Source: Amphiscolops sp. MND2022 (lineage: Eukaryota). From it: a DNA stretch of 64,000 bases. The stretch spans positions 31,558,001 to 31,622,000 of the forward strand of contig OZ076411.1 of assembly GCA_964187785.1 (NCBI GenBank). The letters run 5' to 3'. A program made the position numbers and the translations under genes. Below the pieces are notes generated by a model. That model saw nothing but the letters and a program-made list of their open reading frames with translations, made no database searches and had not been told where the DNA came from. Below are positions 12,200 through 25,338 of this stretch, in pieces; position 1 is the stretch's first letter, and each line of letters opens with the position of its first letter.

Positions 12200-14320
12200 G
12201 TCAAAAAGTGCCACATCACGAATTCATTGTAAGTGTTTATTCATGTATGTTGACAACCATTGGGTTGTAATAAGCGTAATAGCTTTTCCAATTTGAAATA
12301 GGGTTACTACCTAAGTTGTATTTTCCTTTCCGGGGGGAACTAGGTTACGGGTTTGGGTTGGGTTCTAGGTGTTGGACCTCATCGGTTGGGTAATTTTCTA
12401 CGGGGGTGTCCGGCGATTTGTCCTCGGTTGTGTTTTCTGAGCAGGTGATTTCGTCAAGGAGGGTAATTTCGGGTTCATCATTGGGGGGGTTGTTGTTTGA
12501 TATAACGAAGTGTTCGAACACTGATTGCCACGAAAGGGCATACAGATCGTCATTTAGGACTTCGACTTCGTTGTCTGGTTAGAAATCCTTCGCTTGGACT
12601 TGTATGTCGGGTAGGCGGTCTTTGGTTCTGTTGGTTTGTATCTTTCGTATCAGGTAATTATTGCTCGGTAGGGTTTCCACTACTATATACGGTCCCGTCC
12701 ACAAATACTCTCGAAATGGTAATTTTGATCCTTAGTCATTTGCTTGTGGGTGTAAGGCAATGCAGTACTCGTTTGCAGAGTATTTTTGATTCTTAGGTAT
12801 TTGCTTGTGGCTGTAAGACATAGCAGACATCCAGAGGGTGGGCCGAAGCTTTCCAGTCGTAATATTGCTAGTACCGCATATACAAGTGTAAAAGGTGCTT
12901 GATCACTGACTCATAGATTAGACGAGTTTTTTGGAGGAATTCTTTCCCCGTGTCGGTTGTTGGGTCTTTGTTGTGACTCTGTTCGATTCCAAATTTCAGA
13001 TCGAATACTTTGTAAGGTACTCTGCCGTGGAACACTCTACTGGTCTCACATCACAGAGTCGAATAGTATGTCGTTTTGTAGTTAAGCGTGGCGATGGGTA
13101 CAATTTGATGCCACATTGGTCGGTGTTCCCCTGTGGAAATTCTGAGTGCCTTTTTCAGCGATGCATGGCAACGTTCCAAGATGCCTTTTGTTTGTGCGTG
13201 CTTTCCTGTGGCTTTTCTCAGTTGTAGTCCCAAGACACGGAATGTGTCAGCCATTACTTCAGACATAAATTGGGTTCCTGTGTCTGTTATGATGGTTGTG
13301 GAGAGGTACGCTTGGCGCATCATAATGTCGACTAGCGCTTTTGCAATGGTCCTTGCATCTATTCTGGTGACACAGTATGTGAATAGATACCGTGAGAATA
13401 CATCCATGGCTGTGACTATAGCCGTGTATCCGTTTGATGGTTCACCGAACGGGACAATGACCATTCCTAAGGCATCTTCTTGTCCCATTGCGAGTTGGGA
13501 CGTAATAATAATTGGCGGGGTGAGTATTCGGTTGTCTGCTTGTTTCGTTCGCATGCATTTCTTGCATTGGCTAATGTGTTCGGTGATCATGGCCGCTAGA
13601 CTTGGGAAGTAAGACTTCTCCCGGCCTTGTTGTTGGTGATCCCACTTTGGTGATCCCAGGATGTTTGTCGTTCATCCCGTGGTGGTCCTAAAGTAAGGAG
13701 TTGACCAGGTGTTCTGGGAAGAGCAGCTGCAAGTGTTTACGTTCCCAGTTTCCCCGTAGTACTGCCGGAATAGCAGTCCCTCATAAGGGATAATTCGTGA
13801 CTCTTGAGAGGTATACTAGTGTGCTCTCTGGTTCGTGGTCATCATTTGCTCATCGTATGGTTCCTTTAGTAGGCGTAGTTTGTAGTTCCGCAGAACGTTG
13901 TCTTGATCTTGTTGGTGCCTCATGTCAGAGGTTAGTGTGACGTTGTCGCGTTCGTCGCCTTCGGTGCGTCTGATTATTTCTGTTTGAAGTAAAATAGTCT
14001 CATTTTCAGCATTGGTTTGTTGTTGTTTGGTTCTTCTCCTGGCATTGTGGGGGTGTCGCTTCTCAGGGCTTTTTTCTTTGCTCGCTTTTTTCTTTCCCAA
14101 ATGTGTTCTTCCGTCTCGGTTGCATCATCTGGGAGGATGTAAAAATGTTCCTCTTCGGCAACATTGGATGACTGGATGTGGACCTCGATATGTGATGTTT
14201 GAATGTCCTAATGAGGAGTTGTACCTTCTGTTTAGGCTTGGGTTCGAGTCTGGACAGAAAGTCTGTGGCAGAGTTCATACGGCCGGGGACGTCTGCTTTA
14301 GTAAAATTGAACTGTAGGAC
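12200..14320 (-). pseudogene. Gypsy integrase of element 1 (frameshifted)
   Basis: ORF 13051-13590 has CKKC (end of the HHCC finger), MDVFSRYL, IITDTGTQF and GILERCH (DDE core). Confidence 0.9.
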
Positions 14321-14329
14321 GAAACCACA

Positions 14330-16310
14330 TGCTTTCCTCAGCGCTGGAGATGATCTTCGTCTGCAAAAATCTCGTCACAGATTTGTTGTCGGTCAGGACG
14401 ATGACTTGTTTGGCCGATCATCACAGAATGTGGCTATACTCCATGAAGGCGAAGTATATTGCCAGGAACTATTTGGCATATAATAACATTTTGTTATGGG
14501 ATGGCGAGAAGGTTTTGGAACCGAAGGCTACCGGGGTGTATGTCTTCTTGACTGAGGTCAGTTTCTCGTCGGCATTCTCCTCGATCATGAGGGCGTAGCC
14601 GGCGTTCTTTGCATCGGGCATATTTATACATACTGCTTGTTGGGTAGGGGTTGTTTCAACCATAGTCCGCAAGCGTTGTCCAGTGATTAGTTGATAATCT
14701 TGAAATTGACCAGGATGTCGTTGTGACGGCTTGTCGGCTTTGACCAGTTAGTAGAATGGGGCGAATTTTTCGGACAATCTAGGAATGTAATTCCTGTAAT
14801 AATTCAAAAACCCGGTGTAACTTTGGGTCCTTTTTTGTTTTGGGGAACGACAGTTTCCGGTGGTAGTTTTGTATTATGTGGGTTTGAAGTGCGATTCTTT
14901 CTGGTGACACAGTTCGTCCAAGGAATTCGACTTCCTTGGCACCGCACTGGCACATGGCCATTGTTAGACGCAGACCTGCTTCTCTGACGCACTGGAAGAC
15001 CGCACGCAGGTTGATCTTCAGCTCCTCGGCGGTGAGGGTGGTCCGTTTTTTTCCTGCCAAGTTTTGGGACGCATCAGAGAGGGTACTCACGGGGTGGTTA
15101 ATGTTTATATAGTTGTCGGAGATGAGATTGTTTATCTTTCTCAAGTCGACAAGCGGTCGGAGGCGACCGTTTGGTTTTCTATGCGTAAATATTGGACTCG
15201 CGTATTTACTGAACAGGACAGTGGTGATGTTACCGAAGTATTGCATCAATGCCAACTCTACAGTCAGGTCGTCTTGCTAAGATATCGTTTTACTCAAGGG
15301 GTATGTCATCCATGTCAGATTTGTCTTTTTCATTCAATTGAAAGTCTTTTCATCTGAAGTTCGGGGAGAAGGATTTCCTCTCCTCTGGCTGTTTTGGAGG
15401 AGTTTTTGGATGGATTCTAATTTCTCAATTTCCCGTAGAATGCGGCTTTGGATGGTGGTTTGGGTTGCAGTGTCGCCCGGGTAGTTAGGTGTGTGAAACC
15501 AGAAATTGTGGACGGTTTGTGGCTTTCCGGAAGATTTGAGGAGTTCATTGACATACTCCAGTGCCTAGTCGAAACTGTCGCCTGCCAGAACTTTGAGAGC
15601 CGCTGAGTTTAGTGGGTGCAGATTTTTTGCATCCTGGGGGGATAGAATAAACAATTAGGCGACTGTTGCGATCTTTCTTCGTGTGAATGGGTTTGGTGAG
15701 GTGTTGGTGGCTCGGAATTCACTTTTGAAGATCGAGGCTCTTGATATGAAACTGGCCACTACACCTTGGTTGTCTCTTGAATATTGTTTTGTTGGATGGC
15801 TCGTACCGGTGGTATTGGCGACGGTACGTAGGTGAAAGCCTGCTTCGATTGTAACACATTTATCGGGCATGATCGTTATATGATTCCTTAGTGACTTTAT
15901 GGTTCCTGGAGACAGCCTCGTTATCATCTGCTGTGAGTTCGTACGTCCAGTGGAGAAAATGTAGCAACGCTTGACTGACGTCCGAAAAGGCGATGTTGTT
16001 TTTAAAAAACGTTAGTTCAAGGATGCGGCATCTGATCTTAGTGGCAACTGTAAAGGTTTCTTTGATGGTCCAATCCTTTTTTTCTAACTGAAGCTGAACA
16101 GTTTTGTTGGAGTTTCTTTGTCGCCATTTGCGACTTGAAGTTTGAATGTCGATGGGTCCATCTCCTTGATTAATCTACGAGTGCTGATAGATTTGATTTT
16201 TTCGAGTTCTCCGGGAGTCAATTGACTAATACTCCTGAATCAATGAGGGCGTACAGGGACAGGCACTTGAAGACCATCGGTGCAAAGAGCAATTTTTTTC
16301 TTCTTCAATG
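14330..16310 (-). pseudogene. Gypsy protease, RT and RNase H of element 1; RT catalytic core deleted
   Basis: Protease ALIDSG near 16240. RT fragment YASPIFTHRKPNGRLRPLVDLRKIN..LAGKK|RTTLTAEELK lacks the YVDD segment. RNase H fragment DA..AGYALMIEE..PVAFGSK at 14469-14672. Confidence 0.85.
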
Positions 16311-16399
16311 TTATTGCTTAAAAATTGGTATGCATTTTTGGTTTGAGGTTAAGCATGTGATAGCGATTTCGTTGAGTTGTTGATTGGTGTAAATCCAAT

Positions 16400-17962
16400 C
16401 TTCGTCTTTGCTTTTTGCGATGAGGTGGGTGGTTGTATTTGCTCAATTGCGCGTGTGTCGTTTTGTTTGTGATTAGTTGAGTTGTGTGGTTTAGTTCACA
16501 CGTGAGAGCTCGTTTGATTCGGCGGATACGTGGTGTTGCTGGTGCTTGTGTTTGTTCTAGGCGGTCCTCGTTTTTCGTCCTTAGGTGTTTCTTAATTGTA
16601 TTTGTGTTCGGGACTGTCTAGGCTGGATGCGGACGACGTCATGGCTTATGAGCTCGTTCCTTGTGGCTGCGAGCTTCTGGGGTGACTGGAAACCAGTCAT
16701 TGATGGGTTGGTGTTGAAGTTGAGAATTGATTTGATGCTCTTTGGTGGTGGTGTTACGAGCACTGTTATTTCGGTGTCGTGTTTTTCATTAGCCTGATGT
16801 ACGGTAGCAAGACTTGTGTCGTCTTTGTGTCTCCCAGATTTGGAGAGATTCATGTTAGTTGGTTTGGTGAATCCGTGGAAAGGCACGTTCATGGTTTATT
16901 TGAAAATGAGTTGTTCAGCGTCGTAGATTGTAGGATTGTGATACGGGTCACAGTCGAAGTCAGGGTCGTAGATGTAGGTGTGAGTAAGAGGGGTCTTCTG
17001 GTGGAGTGGAAGAGGGTGGGGTTTTTGACATACCCGTAGCGAAGTCTTTAGTCTCGTGGCTCATTTTGCGACATGTTTCGCCGAAGTTGTTATTGTGGAA
17101 CTATCTGTTTTTTGCAATTGTTTATCGCGGTTTGTTTTCCTGCATTTACGGGGGAGGTGGCCTGTGTGGCCACATCCAAGCTTGGGCCTCTAACCTTTTG
17201 TGGCCGTTATTGATTCGTGTTGGGTTCTTGTCCGACAATATTGATGTCCGTGAGTGAAGTTGTGTCTGGATTTTCGAGTTCATTCAGTTCCATTTCTCTT
17301 TCGAGATGCTGGACCATTGTTTGGTAGGAGGAAGTTTCTAGGTGAGCTTGTTTGAGGACGATTTTTGAAAAAATTGACATTTTGGCATAGAATGACTTTT
17401 TTTAATATTCTGTGTGCTTCTTCTCCGTAAGCATCCTGGGCTATGTTCTGATTTTACTCCAGAAAAGCGGGGAAAGTTTGCTGGATGGGGTTAGAGGACA
17501 AAGCGCTGTTGCTATGGTTTGTTGCTTGACGTATCTGCGACGAAAACCCGCAAGTATGTCATCAAATTGACTTCGTGTCGCTTCCATCATATTTCTAAGC
17601 GTCTGGAGTGCCTCGCCCCTGAGTAACGAGTGGAATAAGTGGATTTTCTCCCCCTCTATGATATTCAGGTATACCTTGAGACTGGTTCGGAAAAGATCCT
17701 CAAAGTGCTTGAACTTGTCTGTTTTGCCGTCAATGTTAGGCATTGTTGTGGACATGGCTTTGGGTAATCTCGGGATGCCCGAGTTTTGATGTGTTGCCGT
17801 TTGCAACGATTGTAAGAGTTTTCCTATAATATCTTGTGGGTAACTCTGGTTTTGAGGTGGCAGACTCGAAGATCGTTGTGTTGTGAGTTGTGTGTTGTCG
17901 GGGTTGCCGAAACTTCTGTCACCATGTTGTAGCTTAGGTTGTTTGGGAGTTGTTTTCGACAA
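16400..17962 (-). pseudogene. gag of element 1
   Basis: ORF 17441-17962 (LPKAMSTTMPNIDGKTDKFKHFEDLFRTSLK..HLFHSLLRGEALQT) is homologous to gag of element 2. Confidence 0.85.
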
Positions 17963-18659
17963 TTTCCTCTTGAGTATTTTGATTTTGCTCGACCCTAACA
18001 GCCGAACACACCTGTTCGGACGAGGTCCTGGACACGTTATCTACCTTGGAGGATAGGTTTTCAATCAATCTCAAAATCTCTCTTTGCCCAAATTCCACGT
18101 TTTTGATCTTGTTCGAGATGTCTTCAAAATTCTGTTATGACAGTCGGATATTCTCATTGTTAGATAAACTCACTACATCTACATCTGAGTGGTTACTCGA
18201 AGGATCACTTATAAGTTTACCCTTTTGAGTTTTTTCCTGCAAAGTTTGAGTGGAAAACAGGTCCAGGTAACAGTTCAATTATACTGAACGAGTGATTCTT
18301 TAAAACCCGGATACACTTCAGTCCGACAACTGGTAGGGTGCAGGTTTAAACAACAGTGTTACAAACGAGTCAAGGGAATCAATCGAAACAGGAAATTCGA
18401 AGCGGGGAAAAGTGAGATTTGTCAATAAAATGCACTTAACAAATTCGAGTTTACGAGTGACTTGGAAATTAACTTTGTGCCCTTCCCTAATCCCGCTTCA
18501 GGTTTTTATACTTCATACTTTATGCTAGACACACAGGGAAAACACCGCGCGTGAGTCCACACCATGTTCTACTCGACGTACTTCGCAAAGCGGAAAATCC
18601 GAAAAAGGTAAGCTTGCTCGGGACTCGGCATTCGGCTTCATCCCACTTCCACAGAAAAG

Positions 18660-19971
18660 TGAGAATCAACTTCATGCCGTTTCCCACTTCCGCGTCCTTT
18701 TCTTCTTCATCATCTCCCGCCTTCTCAAGACGTTGAGTCAACGTTGGCACTGAAATTCATGAATTTAGCTCCTGAAGCGGGAAAAGGAAATGAAGTTTAC
18801 CTCGATAAAAATGAACATTTACAACGAAGTGAATTATAGAACTGCACTTTAAAAAACGTCGACATTAGTTCAAACATTTAGTAATTTGAATGAGAATGGC
18901 AAGGTAAACTCTGATCGCCAGCCAGGCGTTCATACATGACTGACAAAGTTCGGACAGTTGACCAGAGTGATGACTCAAATCAATCGTGGGGGATTTGAAT
19001 ATTAATATTGAACAGCAACAATCAAATATGAAATAAACATCTTTCAAGATTCATAATTGAGTTAATTACATGAACTAATCCACTTATGACACGAGCAAAC
19101 GGAAACTTTCTTCACGATTACATGTTATTCGTCCTTGTGATTGACCCAAATTGAACTTCATGTGTTCTTGTTTTACAGCTTCAAGTTACATAGGGACTAT
19201 TAGGAATATATCTAATTCAACACTTTAACACAAAAAGATGGATAACTAGTAATTAACAACACATCAATGCGGTCATTCACTTATATTGACACTTAGGTGA
19301 TCCTGGCTGCCGACCTAGACAGAAGAGTTTCTGTCGGTTGCCTGGGTTGATGACTCACTTTTGAAAACATCAATTTTGCAATCATAGTATTAAATCATCT
19401 GTAATATCAATCCCTTGGTTCACTTTCAGTGTTCTTTTCTGGAATAAGCTTTTCTTAAGCCCTGTATTATTATTAGAATCATGTTTGGCAACGACGTTTA
19501 GTTGCAACCACGCATCAGATATATCGGTCGATCGACTGAGCGTGCGCCCGAGCTCTGCTTGACAGGATTGCTGCCTGAAAGGTTGTCTCAGGTTAGTTAG
19601 CGTAAGCGCGCTCGACGCTGATTTGTTAATAGTTACGAACAAAAGAAACTAGTTGCTGTCGGCCGCTGTTGTTGAGGCAGCTTTCTAGTCGACGCGCTAG
19701 CTGAGTTGACTTCAGTCAACCCGCTGGCTTTTTGACTGTAAACAAACTACTGCACTTAATAATATATAAGTATATACATATGTATGTATTTCACATACTG
19801 CACAATGGTGTTATGATCAATAATTCAACATTTATGTTATATTTTATTCATGTCAAAAATTGTTTGCTGGTTGTTCTCCCTCTCAGAATTCAGGGTGATT
19901 TTTCAGTCTTTCCCTGGTCATCTTCACTTTCTTCCTCTGGTGGTCGGTTTTCTTATATTTAGAGTCTGGCA
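18660..19971 (-). repeat. 5' LTR of element 1 (left boundary not resolved, may extend to ~18140-18500)
   Basis: Direct repeat of 7285-8607, located upstream of gag. Confidence 0.7.
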
Positions 19972-22900
19972 GCACTGTGGGGGCTGCAACAAAATGCTTT
20001 ACAGAGGTCAAAAATAACTCCCCAGAAGTCTCTCTTTTAGTTTGCTTTCTCACGTGATTTGGAAAGAAAGTAGCAGAAATTTTCAGTAGGGAAAGTACCA
20101 GGAAATATCACCTTTTTCCTTAAAGGTTCGTGAAACAATCCAATCGTCCCTTGAATGAAAGAATAAAAACGCATGTACAAAATTGGATAACAGAACTGTT
20201 GATCTTGGAAGAAAACGATAGCAGCTAGATTTATCCTTGCAAAAAAATGAATGAATTATCGCAATTACATTGAGATCAGAAATATTAGAAGTTGATTAGT
20301 TTTCAATCCAGACCAACTTGTAAATAGGTCTCGAACTCCTTTATTTGTTTTAATATCTAAATCATTGCGATGTTTGGGCATTTTCTCTATTGTATTGCAT
20401 CTTTTCTCTTTTATTCTGTTGTTACTGACCTCGCTTAGGTCGTAGCAGTAGTGGAAAGAGTGCCCAAGAACATGGGGTCAACAATCAAGAAATGCTCGGA
20501 AACACTGACTGAGGTTACAAAAAATGGAGGGCAGGAAAAGAACTTATATGTGTTAGGTGTATACATTCCGAATTGGTTTCCTCTTTCTCTTTTTTTATCG
20601 TTGCTATAACTTGTAGACACTTATCCTAATGACTGTTCGTTGAATTAAGAACTAGAAAAAATAGAAATATCACGTATGAATCACCTTCATTGAAAAATAA
20701 AATTAAATGATTACGAAAAATTGAATCACAACAATGGCTACCCCTGAAAAAGAGATTAGACGAAAAACGGTACTGTTGCTCAACTGGTACAAATGACACA
20801 GGTAAGGATCAGGCGATGTTCTAGAGTTTTGTTGGTGTCAATAGGCCATTTTGACAATTTTTTGGCTGGTCTATTGATTCAACCATATGTTCTCTTGAGT
20901 CTCCTGGGTCGCACGACTCCCTCCGTCCTCTGAAACTTTTTGTCGTCCCTTACCATTGGCCACAACCTATCGTTTTGGGCGCAACCCATCGTTTTGGCCG
21001 CAACCCATCGTGGGTTAGGATGTGAGGTTGTTGCGAGGGGTCGTAACTAACCCGTTATGCTACAATCAATTAACAACAACTGAACTCGGTTTCCATTAGT
21101 CTTCTCAGAAAAACATTTGTAAATTCAAACTAGAAGAATTAGTCAAATTAACCTAAAAGTTTTCCAATATTTGACACTTCCGGTGACGTTATGTGCAATT
21201 GTAAAACAATCCAGAACCGGCCCAGGTTGGCGCCCCGCTCGAGATTCTTAAACTTACAAAAGACACTAGTTTCAAACTATCACTTGTGTTCTCATGGCGA
21301 AAGGTTACTGCAAGAAACATGCCTGAGATTCCGAAATCACTTTTTCCCCAAACGAAAAACAAAAAACCGTTTTTCGATTTTTTTCCGAAAATTCCCATGA
21401 TGTCGATAAAACTTTCAGATGTCAAAACTACTTTTTCTCGAGCCCAAAACAGCTTTGAAAGTGAGGGGTAACCGACGACTAGATGAAAGTTTAGGTTTGA
21501 TTTCTCTTCTATCCTGTTCACCTGGTCTTCTGGAGAGTAAGATCTCTTTTTCCAGTCTTTTGTGCCATTTCTTTCTCTCCACTATTTTGTTTGTTTGTTT
21601 CGGGTGAGTTGTCCTGTCTATTGATGATCTTCAGAAATTCGTCATCAGCACCCCATTGGTATTTTAGTGTGGAATCGCAGGTGTTTTTGGCAGGATAGCA
21701 ACAAGTTTTGTCCGGATTTTGTCGGTTGTTATTGTTATCGCTGTCCTTTTTCGTTTGTCGGTAGGTATCGCAATGTGTAATAATGGCAGTCTGATAAGGG
21801 GTCAAAGTTGAGTAATAATGGTTTTTAATTGTTTTGCGGCAGCGCGTACCAATCTGCACGAGCGTATCAATCATGTCGGCGGTTTCTTTATTTTCGCGCT
21901 TTCTGATTGTTCAAATATACGACCAATGCGACAATTTACCATCACTAGCTGCGTGATGGTGTTGATGACAAATTTTTTTTCGTAAGTTTCTTCCGGTTCC
22001 GCGTTTTCTGTCGGGTTGCGGCTAATGGAATCAGTGAATTTGATTTCGTCACCGGCAGTGTATTCCAAAGTAATGTCGAATTGGTTTAATCCGTCTAGCC
22101 ACCGTGTTAAACGGGCACTATACTGTTTATATTTGTTTTATTCTTTTTCAGTAATGGTTCCAGAGCTTGGTGATTGGAGAATAGCTGTACTTGTTTTCCG
22201 TATAAGTGAAATCTAAAACGTTCAGACCCCAAACTACGGGCAATAGTTACAATTCGCCGATGGAATACTATTTTCCGCATCATTTAAGTATCGGCTAGCG
22301 AAAGCAATAGGTTTCAGGTCGCCGTTGGTTTGATTTTGCCATAGTGCTATTCCGTGGCCGGTTTTGCTAGCGTCCGTGGTGACTATTTTCTCTGTATTTC
22401 CGTTGTAGTGTGCAAGACATGGTTGTGTGGTAAGTTCTCTCTTTAGGTTGTTGAAATTCGTATTTCGTTCCTCCGTCCATTCCCAGTTTGTTCCTTTTGT
22501 CATTACTTGCCGTCTTTTCTGAAATGTTTGGAATGAATATTGCGAAGTATTGTATTAGTCCAAGGAAGGATTTCAATGTCTTCGTGTTTGCTGGTGCTTC
22601 TAAGTTGTTGATTGCTTCTGTCTTTTCTCTATTTGGTCTGATGCTGTCCTGTGAGATTGTGTGTCCCAGCCAGATGATTTCTTTTTTGATAGACCTTTGA
22701 TTTCTTTTTACTAGCTCTGTAACCTTCGTTTTTCAATTTTGTTAGGACTGATTCTTATTTTTGAGTGTGTTGTTTTTTCGCGTGTTACAGTTATTATGTA
22801 ATCAAGCCATATTGGTGTTTTGTGGCCGAATGTTCGGTCTCTTTTCTCTTGCGAATAGTTGGCTCGTCCGGAAAATCCCTTTAGGAAGCAGGTGTATCCG

Positions 22901-24666
22901 TTGACTTTCTATCCGTTATTGTAAAACTGCAGTGTTTTCTAGTTTCCGGTGCCAGTTTCATCTGGCCGTAGGCATAGTGTAGGCCCTATCACCGATATCC
23001 AGAGTGGGTCTGTGTAGTTTTTGAATAAGTCGGCGTTGTTTTGGTTCAATATTTTGTCCAACTTTGGCATGTGTGGTCTGTTTTTTATGCAGCTCTCATC
23101 TAGTTTCCGGGCGTCAAGGGCTATCTTGACTGATTTGTCTTTTTTAACTGTAATTACTACAGTTGATACGAAACAGTCTTCTTCGATTGTTTCTAATTTT
23201 TCCAAGTGTCCGGATTTAATTAGTCGGTCAAGTTCGTTTTTCAAGGTGGTAGGGTTCTGCTCGTGTTTTTTGTTGTATTGGGTAGCATCCGGGTTTCATT
23301 TGTATTTTTTTTCAGCATTGTGTATTGTGTGGTTGGTCCAGAATAGTCTTTTGTAGTTTTTGTGGATTGTCTTCGATTGGTCGGTTTCTTTATCCAATAG
23401 GATTTTGTTGATGGTGATTGGTAATTGTTTTAACCAATTTATTCCGAGGAGGGATGCTATATCGTTACGTTTGGTGATTAGTAAGGGTAGTTTGATTTGT
23501 ATTCCGTTGTGTTCTTCGTCCGCCCATATTTTCTCCAGGAATTTGATTTAATTTTTGTTTACATCTTGGTATCTTTCTTTTATTAGTTTGATGTTTTCGA
23601 TTTGGTATAGTTTTGGGTTGTTCGGCGTGATGGTGACCGGGGAGCCGGTGTCGATGGTTAAATTGTGTTTTGTCTCGTTTATCTTCAGTTCGATGCCGTA
23701 GTGGACGTTGTAGTTCGGTAGTATTTTGTTGATCTGTGTTATTCAGCAGATTTCCTCGGGTTCACTTTCCTCTTCTTCTTCCGAGTAGTTTCTTTTTCTT
23801 GTGTTGCTGTTCGATTCTCCGCGACATACCCGTGCAAGGTAACCTATTTTCTGGCAATTGTTCAATTTTACCGTTTTTGCCGGGCAATTTTGTGTGGGTG
23901 ACCAGTTTTGTTGTCCGTAGAATCCGCAGTCGTTACTTTTTGGTGTTTTCCGTTGTTCTCGGTATTGTCTTGTTTGAATTTTTTGGATCGGTTCCTTCTT
24001 TATTTCTTTGCCCTTCGCAAGTGCGGGTGGTATGGTAGGTTGTTTGTGTCGTCGGCCTTAGCTGTTTTGAGTGATGTGTTCCACGATGTTCTTCAAATAT
24101 ATTGTTTTTTTGCGGATGAGTTTCTCCCGGAGTTTTTTGTCGGTGATAATTGGAAGTATTTTGATGTCAGGAGGTCTTCTTGTTTTATGTCTTCGAAGTC
24201 ACAGTTCTTTTCTAGTGTTATTAGTTTCTCCCAATGTTCTTCCGGTGTTTCTATCTCTTCTTGCTTTGCCCAGAAAAAAATCTCCACGGCTGTGGTAAGT
24301 AGTTCTCTGGGCATTAAGTATTCCCGAAATAACTGTAATAGTTTGCCGGTTTTGATATAATCTGGGTCAGTGTTCGTGTTGAATTCTCCTTTAATTGCTG
24401 ACGGTCCGGCGCTCCAGATAAAGTCTTGTCTAATTTCAGGTTCTTTGGTATCCCACGGATCCCCAGTTGGTCCCGTATCGTCCGTCAGTATTTCTTGATA
24501 TCCACATCGTAGATTCTTTTTGTATAATGTCGAAATCTCTCGGTCCATTCTTTTGGGGTGTATCGTATTTTACCGTCGATTCCGGTGTCTTCTAGGTAGG
24601 GTAGTTCTATATTGGTAGTGGTCATTTGGTGGTAAAAGTTTTGCACACTAGTAAACGAGAGATGGT

Positions 24667-24686
24667 AAATCGTGCCTACTGCGCCA
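24667..24686 (-). promoter_or_regulatory. Primer binding site, probably tRNA-Ser type
   Basis: Minus strand ..CTTAACA|TGGCGCAGTAGGCACGATTT directly abuts the LTR end and begins with TGG (complement of CCA). It resembles the complement of metazoan tRNA-Ser 3' ends. Confidence 0.65.
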
Positions 24687-24890
24687 TGTTAAGATCGCTA
24701 AAACTAAGGTTAAAAACAGTTTTAGCTGAGTATCTTTTATTCGACTGTATTATCGTAGTTTCAACAACAAAAATGATACTATATATAAACATAAATAGTT
24801 CAGCATTGAATAAAAGTTTGTTTGTAACTATTTTACTAGACAACTCCCAAATAATGTCTTTGATTGACAGCTTGACCTCTGCATTTCACA
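24687..24890 (-). repeat. Short 5' LTR of element 3 (~204 bp)
   Basis: Minus strand TGTGAA..TTAACA, with a TATA-like tract (plus ctatatataaa ~24779) and AATAAA (plus tttatt ~24737). The right boundary is inferred from a single copy. Confidence 0.55.
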
Positions 24891-24972
24891 GTAGTTTTTG
24901 TTTCATTTTCATCGCTTAATTTTGAAACAAACATTTTTGTAAACTATAAAAAAACATTTTAGTAAAAAGATA

Positions 24973-25108
24973 GAATATCCTAAAAACAGCTGTAGTTTTT
25001 GAAAAATGGTAGGCGTGAAAGTTTCTTAGATTTTAATCCATAGGTTAAAATCTAAGAAACTTCTACGTTTACTATTTTTCAAAAACTACAGCTGTTTTTA
25101 GGATATTC
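24973..25108. repeat. 136-bp near-perfect palindrome (hairpin / MITE-like)
   Basis: gaatatcctaaaaacagctgtagtttttgaaaaat..agtttcttagatttta [10-nt loop] taaaatctaagaaact..atttttcaaaaactacagctgtttttaggatattc. Confidence 0.85.
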
Positions 25109-25338
25109 CATTTTCATATTTGCCTCACGTTGCTTTTTCTAGTTATTTGTGTATATTCCGTGTATTTGTGTTAAGTCGAAATTTGATTACATGAATAATC
25201 AATTCCCTTGATTCCACTTCATGGTCAATGATATAAGCTATGGTATTATTATTCATGGATCTTGGATGAATAATATATCGAAATCAATGAGCATCACAAG
25301 GAGTTGACATCCATAAAACAATTCAAAACGGAAACGTA

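Larger units (their letters stand above)
7285..19971 (-). mobile_element. Gypsy element 1: degraded Ty3/Gypsy LTR retrotransposon (LTR-gag-PR-RT-RH-IN-antisense gene-3'ORF-LTR)
   Basis: Two diverged direct repeats flank gag/pol fragments in Gypsy order PR-RT-RH-IN. Many stops and frameshifts. Confidence 0.85.
21189..24890 (-). mobile_element. Gypsy element 3 (different family), 3'-truncated
   Basis: gag 24548-24093 (MDREIST..IRQDFIWSAGP), protease FTIDTGSPVTI ~23640-23660, RT 23244-22700, RNase H 22503-22234 (TTDASKTGHG..PIAFASRYL), post-RH fragments to ~21200. No integrase core or 3' LTR seen. Confidence 0.85.

Noticed and set aside
12335-12370. Telomere-like ggtt/gggtt repeats (also ~21010)
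   Set aside because: Not a regular TTAGGG array. At 12.3 kb it is the reverse complement of the Pro-rich integrase tail.
12931-17257. Many plus-strand ORFs over pol and gag (also 23021-24360, 39662-44604)
   Set aside because: Antisense shadows of retroelement coding sequence with no independent motifs, unlike the spliced cargo genes.
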